A DNA stretch of 64,000 nt, from NCBI GenBank assembly GCA_039810005.1, contig JBDHWD010000006.1, forward strand, positions 707-64,706, in the 5' to 3' direction. The translations under genes and the position numbers were made by a program. The notes beneath the pieces were generated by a model, which searched no databases, was not told the origin of the DNA, and was given only the letters and a program-made list of their open reading frames with translations. Positions 18,410-27,774 of the stretch are shown in pieces (position 1 is the first letter of the stretch; the number at the start of each line of letters is the position of its first letter). This DNA is from Thermomicrobiales bacterium. GTDB taxonomy: Bacteria; Chloroflexota; Chloroflexia; Thermomicrobiales; CFX8.

Positions 18410-20722
18410 TCAGGCGTTTTCCTCACCAGAGATGCGGTAGCCCTGCGGAGGTGTCGCGCCGAGCAGGTGGGTGACGAAGTAGTCCCACCGCCGCCGCACG
18501 AAATACGGGTCGTTCCCGCACGCATGGCTGCGGTTCGGCATGATCAGCAGGTCGAAATCCTTGTTTGCCGCGATGAGCGCATCAACGACCACGAGTGTGG
18601 ACGCAATGTGAACGTTCTCATCCATATCGCCATGAATGAGCAGCAACTTACCTTCCAGATTCTTCGCTGATGTCTGATTCGCTTGCGCTCGATAGTGATC
18701 TTCAACCGGCAAGCCCATGTAGCGTTCTACCCACGTTGCTTTGTCGAGACGATGATCATGATTGCCGGCTGATGAGACACAGACCTTGTAGAACTCGGGG
18801 TGAGTGAAGATTGCTTGTGCCGAGGCATAGCCGCCAGCCGAGTGGCCAAAGATACCGACGTTGCTGAGATCGAACGATGGATATCGATCTGCCAACTGCT
18901 GGATCGCCGTGATGTGATCGGGGATACCGCCGTCGGCGAGGTTGCGATAGGAGACATCGTGGTAGGCCTTTGAGCGGCCTGGCATCCCGAGTCCATCGAT
19001 CATGACGACCATGAAGCCAAGCTCGGCCAGGGCTTGCGCATGCCAGAATCCGGTAGCTCGACCACGAGCGACATCCGCGAACGATGTCGGAGCCTGGTTC
19101 ACCTGTGGGCCGCCGTAGATATAGTCGACGACCGGGTAGCTCTGATTTGGGTCGTAGGTTGAGGGTCGATAGATCACCCCATAGATGTCGGTGACACCAT
19201 CGCGCGCTTTCGCGGTGAATCGCTCGGGCAATTGCCACCCGGCGGCCAGGAGCAGCGACGCGTCCGCCTCTTCCAGATGAGCTACGTCACGTCCTTCGGC
19301 GGTGCGAAGGACGGAAACAGGCGGGGTAGCCACAGTGGAGTACGTATCGATGAAGTACGCGCCGCCGGGCGCGAACGTGATCGTATGGTCCGCATTCTCC
19401 GGAGTCAGTAGCGTCGGTGTGCCACCGTCGAGGCTGACGCTATAGAGATGCGTGAAGTATGGATCACGACCGGCTTCGCGTCCGAGCGCGGTGAAGTAGA
19501 CGATGCGCTTTGCCGTGTCGACGTGCAGCACTTCGGCAACCGTATACGCCCCATGCGTTAACTGACGCGTTGGTTCAGACTGGCCCGCGTCGTATAGATA
19601 CAGGTGTCCCCAGCCATCCTGATGTGAATACCAAATGACTTGCTCACCGTTGCCGAGCACCCGCGGAATGACGCTCGCCCAGTGAAGATACGGATCGATT
19701 CCGCGGGTGCTCGATTCCTCAGCGATCTGCGTCGCCTCGCCTGAGCGGGCATCAATCGCTGTCATGCGATACGCCTGGAAACCTCGATCGCGGGTAATGA
19801 TGGTGTACTGGCTACTGTCGTCTGACCATTGCACCCAGGGCGTATTTAGCGGCGAGCCGTAGTAGAGCATCGGCAGCGGATCGATCTGTGCCGCAGTGCT
19901 CTCACCTTCCAGATCGAAGCACCACGTCTCCGCGTGTGGGATCTCGTCATCAGCGTCGCCAGGCAGCGGGTATGCATAGGAGTGCAGACGAGGACGAATG
20001 CTTCCATCGAGCGGAACAGATTGCACAAGGTGATACTGTTTCGCGTTCGTCGCATCAAGACGACACGTCAGCAGGCGCTGACTATCGGGCGACCAGATGA
20101 CTACGGGAGCGTCAGGCTCGTCAAGCCCGCCCGCGATGAGTGGCGACGGCAGACGTTTGCCGACTGGCTTGTCCGCATCTCCATTCGTTGAGAGTTGACG
20201 CTCCTTGCCCGTTTGAACCGAACGGACCCAGAGATTGTCGTTGCGGACGAATGCGTCCCATTTCCCATCAGGCGATCGCACGACCTCCGGGTCTGGAGCG
20301 ATAGCGCTGCCCCTCTGCTCACACGCATATGTGTTCAGATCCAGTGTCCAGCGAGACCCGTCGAACGTGAAGTCGACCGCTGTTCGATCGTCATCCAGAT
20401 GCAGGTCAGCGAGTGGAAGCGCTGTTGGGTCAACCGGGATCCCGGAGGAACGCGATAGCTCGGCTGCCAATCGCTCGTGGTCGAACGCTAGTTCCCGGGT
20501 GCCGCTCTTTGCATCGACAAAGATGACCTCTTTGCCATTGCGCGACGTTCGCCAGTACCAGAAGGCGTCACCAGGGGTATTCCAGTGTGGCACGACTTCA
20601 GCGCCGAACAGGCGCTGATTCGCGTTCCAGGGCAGGTATCGTTCGGCACGAGCGTAGTCTTCAGGGGTTAGCGCCACTGGGCGCTGATGCGTGTTTCCTG
20701 GTTGTTCGTTGACACGGGTCAC
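18410..20722 (-). CDS. S9 family serine peptidase (DPP-IV / prolyl tripeptidyl peptidase-like)
   Basis: Catalytic triad context GHSAGGY, HGDMDENV and NRSHAC, with an N-terminal propeller region. The GTG start at 20722 lies 5 nt after GGAGG. Confidence 0.8.
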   Translation of the reverse strand: MTRVNEQPGNTHQRPVALTPEDYARAERYLPWNANQRLFGAEVVPHWNTPGDAFWYWRTSRNGKEVIFVDAKSGTRELAFDHERLAAELSRSSGIPVDPTALPLADLHLDDDRTAVDFTFDGSRWTLDLNTYACEQRGSAIAPDPEVVRSPDGKWDAFVRNDNLWVRSVQTGKERQLSTNGDADKPVGKRLPSPLIAGGLDEPDAPVVIWSPDSQRLLTCRLDATNAKQYHLVQSVPLDGSIRPRLHSYAYPLPGDADDEIPHAETWCFDLEGESTAAQIDPLPMLYYGSPLNTPWVQWSDDSSQYTIITRDRGFQAYRMTAIDARSGEATQIAEESSTRGIDPYLHWASVIPRVLGNGEQVIWYSHQDGWGHLYLYDAGQSEPTRQLTHGAYTVAEVLHVDTAKRIVYFTALGREAGRDPYFTHLYSVSLDGGTPTLLTPENADHTITFAPGGAYFIDTYSTVATPPVSVLRTAEGRDVAHLEEADASLLLAAGWQLPERFTAKARDGVTDIYGVIYRPSTYDPNQSYPVVDYIYGGPQVNQAPTSFADVARGRATGFWHAQALAELGFMVVMIDGLGMPGRSKAYHDVSYRNLADGGIPDHITAIQQLADRYPSFDLSNVGIFGHSAGGYASAQAIFTHPEFYKVCVSSAGNHDHRLDKATWVERYMGLPVEDHYRAQANQTSAKNLEGKLLLIHGDMDENVHIASTLVVVDALIAANKDFDLLIMPNRSHACGNDPYFVRRRWDYFVTHLLGATPPQGYRISGEENA

Positions 20723-20763
20723 AAATGCCTCCCCATATTCAGCGCGTTCGACTCTTTGCTGGC

Positions 20764-20803
20764 TCAACTCGCATGACAGTTGCGCTACTGTCATGCGAGT
20801 TGA
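20764..20803 (-). other. Intercistronic stem-loop between the SBP and peptidase genes
   Basis: Perfect 16-bp inverted repeat TCAACTCGCATGACAG(20764-20779)/CTGTCATGCGAGTTGA(20788-20803) with an 8-nt loop. Confidence 0.6.
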
Positions 20804-20845
20804 ATGTCCGCTGTGTCCCACGGTTCTGCGATCCAACGCAGTCGC

Positions 20846-22615
20846 TCAGGCCAGAGACGCCTTGTCGAGCTCGATGATTCGACCGGCGTGACTCAGCGTA
20901 TATCCAGTGAGCTTTGGCTGAATCGCCATGAGCGATGCGCCATGCCACAGCCAGACGGTGAGCTGGTTTTCCTGGAACAGCATCTGGGCCCGCTTGGCAA
21001 TATCTTTACGCTTGTCAGAGTCAAGTTCCATTTCGAAATTGTCTGACAGCGTCTGCAATTCGGTGGCAATCTGCTGGAGCTCTGGAGTCGTCGCATCATC
21101 AATCTGTGTAATGGACCAGTAGGACTCAGGCGCCCACGAAGCCTGAATGGCGCTTGCTGAGGCGATGACTGATCCCTGAGAATGGTAGGTGACGTTCCAG
21201 TCTCCCTGGTTCTCGCGCCACTGATCAAGGTAGGCATTCCACTCCAGGGTGGAGATCTCCGAGTCGATTCCGACCTTCTTCAACTGTTCCTGGATGATCT
21301 GATTGTAGAGACCCCATCCTGCGAAATCACTGGAGAGTATGCTGACAGAGAGCGGCTTGCCGTCCTTCTTGCGGATCCCTCCGTCACCTTTTGTCCAACC
21401 TGCGTCTTCAAGAATCTGCTCGGCCTTGTCCGGGTCGTAGTCAATCATCGGCACGTCTTCAGTGTAGAACGGTGAGTTGGAATTGACGCCGGCTCGCGAC
21501 TTCTCTGCATACCCAAAGAGCACTTGATCGATGATCGTGTCACGATCAATGGCGTAGGCAATTGCTTGGCGCACAGCCAGGTCAGACGTTGGCTCGCGCG
21601 AGACGTTGATGCTGATGAACTGGACTCCCGGAGCGGTCGTGGTCTCAATCGTAGCTCCGGCGTCCTTTGCGGTGCCCACATCTTTGGCATCAAGGCCGAT
21701 AACCTCGATGGTTCCCGCTTGCAATTCGACGAGCTGGACATTTGTCTCTGGAATGATCCGAACCTCGATACCATCCAGAAGCGGCGCGCCGTTCCAGTAG
21801 TCGTCGTTGCGGACGTATTTGATGCTGCTTCCGGGTTCGTACGAGTCGAACTTGAATGCCCCGGTGCCGATCGGATGATCATCGAAGCTCCCGGAACTAG
21901 CAGCCTTTGGACTGATCTGCATCGCTCCCCAGAGCGCGAGGCCGTTGTAGGCAAAGAACACCTTCAGTTCGCGGAGGACGATCTTGGCGGTGTAATCATC
22001 AACGACTTCGATATGATCAACCGGTTCGTACGTGGTATAGGACGCCGAGTCTCCCGACTCAATGTGGCGCTCAATGTTAAATTTGACCGCCTCGGCATTG
22101 AACGGCTCGCCGTCGTGGAATGTGACGTCATCGCGGAGATGAAGCGTGTACTCCATGCCGTCTTCAGAGATTTCCCAGTCCGTCACGAGACACGGTTGAA
22201 GCTCTTCATCTTCGTCTAACACCAGCAGTCGATCGACCATGAAGTGGACTGATTGCCAGGTTGGCCAAGTGGACTTTGTCAGATCCCAGCTGGCCGGGTT
22301 TGCCGCGACAGCCACGCGGGCTGTACCGCCAGTCTTGCCGGAGCCTTCTGTCGTCGTTGTCGTGGACTCTGATGCGCCTGTTGTTTCGGTCGCCGATCCG
22401 GAGCCACTGTCGCTGGTTGCTGCTGGAGCGGTTGGCTCGGTCGATCCGGAAACCGTCGTGCTGGTTGGATCGCCTTCGTCATCGCTGCCGCAGGCAGCAA
22501 GAAGCGTTCCGACTGTCGGCAACGCAATACCGACGGCGGCCGCACGGCGAAGCATGGTGCGCCGGTTCAGTCGCGAGGAAAGGGCCTTGGCCGTGAGATC
22601 GTTAAGCCGTGTCAT
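20846..22615 (-). CDS. ABC transporter substrate-binding lipoprotein, family 5
   Basis: Start ATG 22615 after GAGAGGAA. RRTMLRRAAAVGIALPTVGTLLAACGS Tat/lipobox signal, S/T-rich linker, SBP_bac_5 body. Confidence 0.8.
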   Translation of the reverse strand: MTRLNDLTAKALSSRLNRRTMLRRAAAVGIALPTVGTLLAACGSDDEGDPTSTTVSGSTEPTAPAATSDSGSGSATETTGASESTTTTTEGSGKTGGTARVAVAANPASWDLTKSTWPTWQSVHFMVDRLLVLDEDEELQPCLVTDWEISEDGMEYTLHLRDDVTFHDGEPFNAEAVKFNIERHIESGDSASYTTYEPVDHIEVVDDYTAKIVLRELKVFFAYNGLALWGAMQISPKAASSGSFDDHPIGTGAFKFDSYEPGSSIKYVRNDDYWNGAPLLDGIEVRIIPETNVQLVELQAGTIEVIGLDAKDVGTAKDAGATIETTTAPGVQFISINVSREPTSDLAVRQAIAYAIDRDTIIDQVLFGYAEKSRAGVNSNSPFYTEDVPMIDYDPDKAEQILEDAGWTKGDGGIRKKDGKPLSVSILSSDFAGWGLYNQIIQEQLKKVGIDSEISTLEWNAYLDQWRENQGDWNVTYHSQGSVIASASAIQASWAPESYWSITQIDDATTPELQQIATELQTLSDNFEMELDSDKRKDIAKRAQMLFQENQLTVWLWHGASLMAIQPKLTGYTLSHAGRIIELDKASLA

Positions 22616-22765
22616 ACTGGTTCCTCTCACCTCAGAAAAGTTGCCGAGTCGGTTCACAAACGCTCTTCTCGATGTCACTGATCGTTGATCTAGCCTGATG
22701 CCACTCTCCTCCCACTCGTTATTAATGGGACCTATGTCGGACGATGGATCAGCCTTCGGCGCGGT

Positions 22766-23731
22766 CTAGCGAAGGTGCGGATCGAGCGCGTCGCGTAATG
22801 CATCGCCAATCATGTTTAGTGAGATCACCGTGGCGAAGATAAGCAGGCCCGGGAAGATCATCAGATGCGGAGCTTCGCGAAGATAGCCACGACCCACACT
22901 CAACATCGCGCCCCACTCGGCTGTCGGCGGCTGTACGCCGAGGCCAAGAAACCCGAGGCCGGCAGCAGTGAGCAGTGAGCCAGCGATTCCCAGCGTGGCG
23001 TAAACGATAATCGGGGCCATGCTGTTGGGCAGTAAATGGATGTACATGATCCTGCTGCGACTGGCACCCATGGCGCGAGCAGCCTCAACGAATTCCTGCG
23101 ATTTCAGCGCGAGAACACCGGATCTGACGATGCGCGCGAGCGTTGGCGTTCCCCAGATCGTCAATGCGACGACGAGGTTCAGAATGCCGGGGCCAATCAC
23201 CGCAACAATCAGGATCGCCATCAGGATGCCCGGAAAAGCGAACATGATGTCGATGAGGCGCATTACCAACGTATCGGTCCAACCGCCGAAAAATCCGGAG
23301 ATCAAGCCCAGGAATGTTCCCAGGATCACCCCCCCGGTAGTGCCGACGAGCCCGATGAACAGTGAGATGCGTCCTCCGTATGCGAGCCGCGAGAACACGT
23401 CTCGTCCCAACTCATCGGTTCCGAGCCAATGCTCGGACGAAGGTGACTGGAGTCTCGAAAGGAGAGATTGCTCATTCGGGTCCTGTTGGGCAATGACAGG
23501 CGCCATCAGTGCGATGGCGACAATCAAAAAAAGGAACGCCGCGCCGGCCATTGCAAACCGGTTGCGCACAAGCTCGCGGAGAACCCGACGGCGCCGACCT
23601 TGTGAACTGTTGTCGGACTGGTGGAGCGTTATCGTTGCGTTCTTGTTTGGCTGAGACTCTTGCAAGGGTGCTTCAGATGCACGATTGACTGACAAGACCA
23701 TACTCCCCATTCTTCTCGCAGCAGACAGCAA
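22766..23731 (-). CDS. ABC transporter permease, DppC/OppC type
   Basis: Multi-TM. HWLGTDELGRD loop and EFVEAARAMGASRSRIMYIHLLPN EAA region. Start uncertain (ATGs at 23731, 23710 and 23701). Confidence 0.8.
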   Translation of the reverse strand: MLSAARRMGSMVLSVNRASEAPLQESQPNKNATITLHQSDNSSQGRRRRVLRELVRNRFAMAGAAFLFLIVAIALMAPVIAQQDPNEQSLLSRLQSPSSEHWLGTDELGRDVFSRLAYGGRISLFIGLVGTTGGVILGTFLGLISGFFGGWTDTLVMRLIDIMFAFPGILMAILIVAVIGPGILNLVVALTIWGTPTLARIVRSGVLALKSQEFVEAARAMGASRSRIMYIHLLPNSMAPIIVYATLGIAGSLLTAAGLGFLGLGVQPPTAEWGAMLSVGRGYLREAPHLMIFPGLLIFATVISLNMIGDALRDALDPHLR

Positions 23732-23743
23732 GTATCGGCACGA

Positions 23744-24697
23744 TTAGCTGAAGCGGATTCGCGGGTCGATATAGGCAAGCAACAGGTCTGTGATGAGGTT
23801 GCTGAACACAAATCCGATCGCGATCAGCAAAACTGTTGCTTGAACGACAGGGAAGTCCCGACCGTTGACACCATCGATCAGGTAGCGCCCGATGCCGGGC
23901 CAGGCGAATACCGTCTCGACGATCACAGTGCCGCTGAGGATGTAGCCGAAACTCAGTCCCAGGAGCGTCACGATCGGGATCAGCGCGTTGCGTAACGCGT
24001 GTCGGATTATGACGACGCGTTCATGAACGCCCTTCGCGCGAGCCGTGCGCACATAATCGTCATTGATTACCTCGAGCATGCTTGAACGTGTGTACCGGGC
24101 GAGGCCTCCAGCGCCGCCCAGCCCCAAAACCAGAACTGGAAGCACCATGTGCGTCAGCCCATCGATGCTCAGAAACGGTCCGCCAAGCCCGGATGGAGGA
24201 AGGATGGGGATCCGGACTGAAAATAGGAGAATCAGCATTAACGCGAGCCAGAAGCTCGGCACGGAAATGCCGAACAATGCTACGAACATCGAGACGTTGT
24301 CGATCCAGCGCCCGCGATACACCGCGGATATGACGCCAACTGAAATCCCGATGACTGCTGACAGCAGCAGCGACACTAATCCCAGGCGCAGTGTATGAGG
24401 AACACGGCGCTTCAAGTCTGCCGTGACTGAACGTCCCTCGCGAAGTGATTCGCCAAAGTCAAAGCGCGCTAATTTCCCAACATAGTCGACATACTGGATG
24501 TAGATGGGTTTGTCGAATCCATACTTTGCATTCACCTGGCGCTCAAGCTCTGCGCTCTTATCCGGCGGAATATCGGGAGGGATGAACAACGCCACCGGAT
24601 CACCGGGTGCCATGTGCATCGCAAAGAAAACCAGGGTGATAGCGCCGAGAATGGTCGGCACAGCGAGGGCTAGCCGCTTCAGTACGTATGTGCGCAT
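23744..24697 (-). CDS. ABC transporter permease, DppB/OppB type
   Basis: MRTYVLKRLALAVPTILGAITLVFF start chosen at 24697. Contains DYVRTARAKGVHERVVIIRHALRN. Confidence 0.85.
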   Translation of the reverse strand: MRTYVLKRLALAVPTILGAITLVFFAMHMAPGDPVALFIPPDIPPDKSAELERQVNAKYGFDKPIYIQYVDYVGKLARFDFGESLREGRSVTADLKRRVPHTLRLGLVSLLLSAVIGISVGVISAVYRGRWIDNVSMFVALFGISVPSFWLALMLILLFSVRIPILPPSGLGGPFLSIDGLTHMVLPVLVLGLGGAGGLARYTRSSMLEVINDDYVRTARAKGVHERVVIIRHALRNALIPIVTLLGLSFGYILSGTVIVETVFAWPGIGRYLIDGVNGRDFPVVQATVLLIAIGFVFSNLITDLLLAYIDPRIRFS

Positions 24698-25174
24698 CTC
24701 GCAGGTACTCTTCCCCTCGATATCTCGCCTATTGACTCGACACGGCTGCGCCATCGCGAAGCGACGGGTGGCATCGCGCTGATACCAGCGCCTGCACGAC
24801 ATTCGCCAGAGTCGGACGAGACGGCGGTGTCCAGTCCTGATCCTGAGATGTGTCCAACAGGGTCAGCCTCTTGAGATTTCATCTCCAGCAGTTTCCTGCC
24901 GAACCTGAGTGCTGACTTGATGCCTGTCGATGATGTGCAACTGAGTCGATCCAGGGTATTGAGGGCAAACCTAGCAGTTCCAGAATGCTGTGTCAATAAT
25001 CTCAGGCGTCTGATAATCATGTTACAGTATGCTGAACTGCTCAAAAGTACGATCCAGCCAGCACGATCCTGATGGCTGCGCGCCCGATGGCACGCTTGAT
25101 CGGCGGTCAGGCACAATGAACTTTTCGCATAGCGGTTGACATAGCATGTCGTACAGAGAGGCGGGGCTGGGGAG

Positions 25175-25897
25175 ATGGCGATGATGGTGGACGATACGCA
25201 CGAAAACGGCCGTCATCGAGCCGAGGCGGCCTACGATCAGATCAAAGCGTCAATCATTCGTTGCGAGTTGCAGCCCGGTCAGCAGGTGACCGAAGAGCAG
25301 TTAGCGGCACAATATGGAGTCAGCCGGGGGTCAATCCGGCCGGCACTGAAGAGGCTGTATCAGGAGCAATTCATCCAGCTGGCAACACGCAATCGCTATT
25401 TCGTCGCACCGATTACCCTGAAAGATGCGAATGACGTCTTCGAAATGCGCCTGCTTGTGGAGCCTCATGCTGCTCGTCAGGCAGCCGGTCGCATCGACGT
25501 GGACACTCTCGCGCGATTGAGAGAGTTGAGCGTCGTCCACTACATTCCAGGTGATGCCAGTAGTGCCGAAGCATTTTTGCGCGCGAATACCGAATTCCAC
25601 GTGACCATCGCCAGGGCGACCGGAAATGCTCTACTCGGCGAGTTTGTCGCTACGCTGCTCGATCGGGAGGAACGCATCAACAGGTTGGCCCACCTGATTG
25701 GCGACCGAAACCGAGACGCCCATAATGAGCATCGTGATCTCGTTGAGGCACTGTCGGACCGTGATGGCGAACGCGCAGCCGCCGTTATGGCTGATGGAAT
25801 CATTTCAGCGCGCGGGTTTGTGATCGACTCAATGCTGTCGAGCCCTGCACTGCTGACAACCAACCTGGCCGGCCCGCCAGCCCAGTCCCCTCACTGA
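25175..25897 (+). CDS. GntR family transcriptional regulator (FadR/FCD subfamily)
   Basis: N-terminal wHTH (EEQLAAQYGVSRGSIRPALKRL) with a C-terminal all-helical FCD-like domain. Divergent from the ABC operon. ATGs at 25181 and 25184 are alternative starts. Confidence 0.8.
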   Translation: MAMMVDDTHENGRHRAEAAYDQIKASIIRCELQPGQQVTEEQLAAQYGVSRGSIRPALKRLYQEQFIQLATRNRYFVAPITLKDANDVFEMRLLVEPHAARQAAGRIDVDTLARLRELSVVHYIPGDASSAEAFLRANTEFHVTIARATGNALLGEFVATLLDREERINRLAHLIGDRNRDAHNEHRDLVEALSDRDGERAAAVMADGIISARGFVIDSMLSSPALLTTNLAGPPAQSPH

Positions 25898-26700
25898 TCC
25901 TTCTCGGGTGCCCCAATTCGGACGACTGAGCGCTGAATATTGGCGGTTGAGAGGTTGGAGACGCGGGCGAGCTGGGTGAGGCCTTCGATGCCTTCGGGGG
26001 AGAGGGTCCATTCCTGGTCGGCCAGGACTTCGACGAGCAGGTCGCGGTCGATGCCGTGGTCGCGCGAGAGGTTGCGGCGCAACTCGCGGCCGCGCTCGAC
26101 GCCGATCTCCATTGCCCGCGCCAGCCGATTCAGCGCTGCCGAGACGGACGCCGGGTCGCGGGTGAGGTGCGCGCGGCGCGCGAGACAGAGATGGCTGACG
26201 AACGGTGTGTTGGTCATCAGGAACCAGGCGCGGCCGAGGTCTTCCTGGTAGATGTGGTCGCCCTCAAGCGGGATCAGCCCGGATGGCCCGTCGCTAACGA
26301 TCGCGTGCAGATCATCGACGTGCGCGGGCTCCTCGGTCCACTCCGCTACGCTGATGCCGTAGAACGAGCGCAGCGTTGCCAGGGCGACGGCGCGTCCAGC
26401 CGGCGCGACGCCAGTGACCGAGACGCTGACGTTGTCAACGTCGTCCGGGCGCGTGTGGGTGGCCAGCGTGAGCATCGAGGCGCGACGGGCGGCGACGGCA
26501 TAGTCGGCGACGATGGCCCACGAGTCGAGCATTGTCAGTCCGGAGATGCTGTCGATCAGGACGACGTCGGCATCGGATGCGCGCGTGGAGGTCATTCCCG
26601 GAACGAGATCGACGTCTGTCTGATCGGCCCAACCCGCCGCGAACGGGTAGGCCATTCTGGCTGTTTCCAGTCGATGATCGATTGCAATCCGTAGCGTCAC
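25891..26700 (-). CDS. MqnA/MqnD-family (periplasmic-binding-protein fold, DUF178-like) protein
   Basis: 269 aa. Pattern LRIA...YPF..G, DLG..WF..T..PFVSHLCLARR and a C-terminal helical region resembling chorismate dehydratase MqnA. Assignment is from memory only. Confidence 0.4.
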   Translation of the reverse strand: MTLRIAIDHRLETARMAYPFAAGWADQTDVDLVPGMTSTRASDADVVLIDSISGLTMLDSWAIVADYAVAARRASMLTLATHTRPDDVDNVSVSVTGVAPAGRAVALATLRSFYGISVAEWTEEPAHVDDLHAIVSDGPSGLIPLEGDHIYQEDLGRAWFLMTNTPFVSHLCLARRAHLTRDPASVSAALNRLARAMEIGVERGRELRRNLSRDHGIDRDLLVEVLADQEWTLSPEGIEGLTQLARVSNLSTANIQRSVVRIGAPEKDQ

Positions 26701-26763
26701 GCGCCCTCCCTCATGCCCTCTATTGGCCGGATCGAAGTGTACGCGGCGCGTCGTTTCCCGTCG

Positions 26764-27774
26764 TCAGGCAGCCGGTTTGTGGGCGATCGCGACCATCTGC
26801 GAGCCACGATGGAGCTTGCGGATGGCGAACGATGCGGGGAGGGTCACGAGGAAGAACGGGATGACGCCGGCGGGCTTAGTGATGACGGGTACTACGGTTC
26901 GATTTACAACCCTGCGCATGCCTCTACTGGAGTCGCTATCGTTTATCCAGAGTCCAATACTGCTGACCAAGAAAATGATCTCGTTATGCATCGCTCCGAG
27001 CCGGCCCCGCTGGCTCATGATCTTTGGTCCGATAAATCCGGCCGTCCGAAGAGCTTGTCTCATATGGCGTGGTGAGAAAACGGAGTAGTGGCGTGGGAAG
27101 TCATTGCCGATCCAGTACGTGCCGAACACCTTTGACTGGATGGAGTTTCGGTTTGGCACCGAAAGCACGACCGCGCCTCCCGGCCTGAGTAGGTCGTAAA
27201 CATGACGCAAGGTGTCGAGCGGCTGTGGGGTGTGCTCCAGAACCTCCCACATCGTCACCGCATCGAACGATCCAGGCTCGAATGACGCATCCTCAACGAA
27301 GCCGTTGTATATGTCGAGTCCGTGACGCTCGGCGGCGTAGGCGGCGGCGCAGCTGTTTGGCTCAACGCCCCGCGCATCCCACCCTTTGCCCTTCATCGTC
27401 GCGAGAAAATCGCCGACGGCGCAGCCGATATCCAAGACGTTGCGGCCGTCGAGTGCAGCGTTGATAACAGTCTCGCAACGCTTGTCAAAATCATATTCGG
27501 CGATCGATCTAACATAGTCTGGCTGATCGAAGACGGAATTATAGACAGGATAGTTTTCGGGATAGTGGCGTTTGATTTCCTCGGCGTCGGGACGCGGAGA
27601 GAGAAAGAGAAACCCACAGTTGGCACACTCGGAGAGGGTGTACTCGCCCTCGACGCCACACATCCGGTCCCAGCCCCGGACGCGAGGCGTGCTCTTATCG
27701 TGCCCACACAACAGGCAACGAACGGTCTCCATCTCTGCGGTCCCTTCTGTGGCAGTGGTTCCTGCCGCGGTCAT
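26764..27774 (-). CDS. Class I SAM-dependent methyltransferase with N-terminal Cys4 zinc ribbon
   Basis: CLLCGH...CANCGF followed by SAM motif I VLDIGCAVGDF. Its ATG overlaps the upstream gene's stop (ATGA at 27771-27774). Confidence 0.7.
   Translation of the reverse strand: MTAAGTTATEGTAEMETVRCLLCGHDKSTPRVRGWDRMCGVEGEYTLSECANCGFLFLSPRPDAEEIKRHYPENYPVYNSVFDQPDYVRSIAEYDFDKRCETVINAALDGRNVLDIGCAVGDFLATMKGKGWDARGVEPNSCAAAYAAERHGLDIYNGFVEDASFEPGSFDAVTMWEVLEHTPQPLDTLRHVYDLLRPGGAVVLSVPNRNSIQSKVFGTYWIGNDFPRHYSVFSPRHMRQALRTAGFIGPKIMSQRGRLGAMHNEIIFLVSSIGLWINDSDSSRGMRRVVNRTVVPVITKPAGVIPFFLVTLPASFAIRKLHRGSQMVAIAHKPAA

Noticed and set aside
25136-25155. TTGACA (25136-25141) and a GT-N-AC-like TGTCGTACA (25147-25155) upstream of the GntR gene, considered as a possible promoter and operator.
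   Set aside because: No acceptable -10 element lies at proper spacing, and the half-palindrome is only 3+3 bp. The evidence is too weak.
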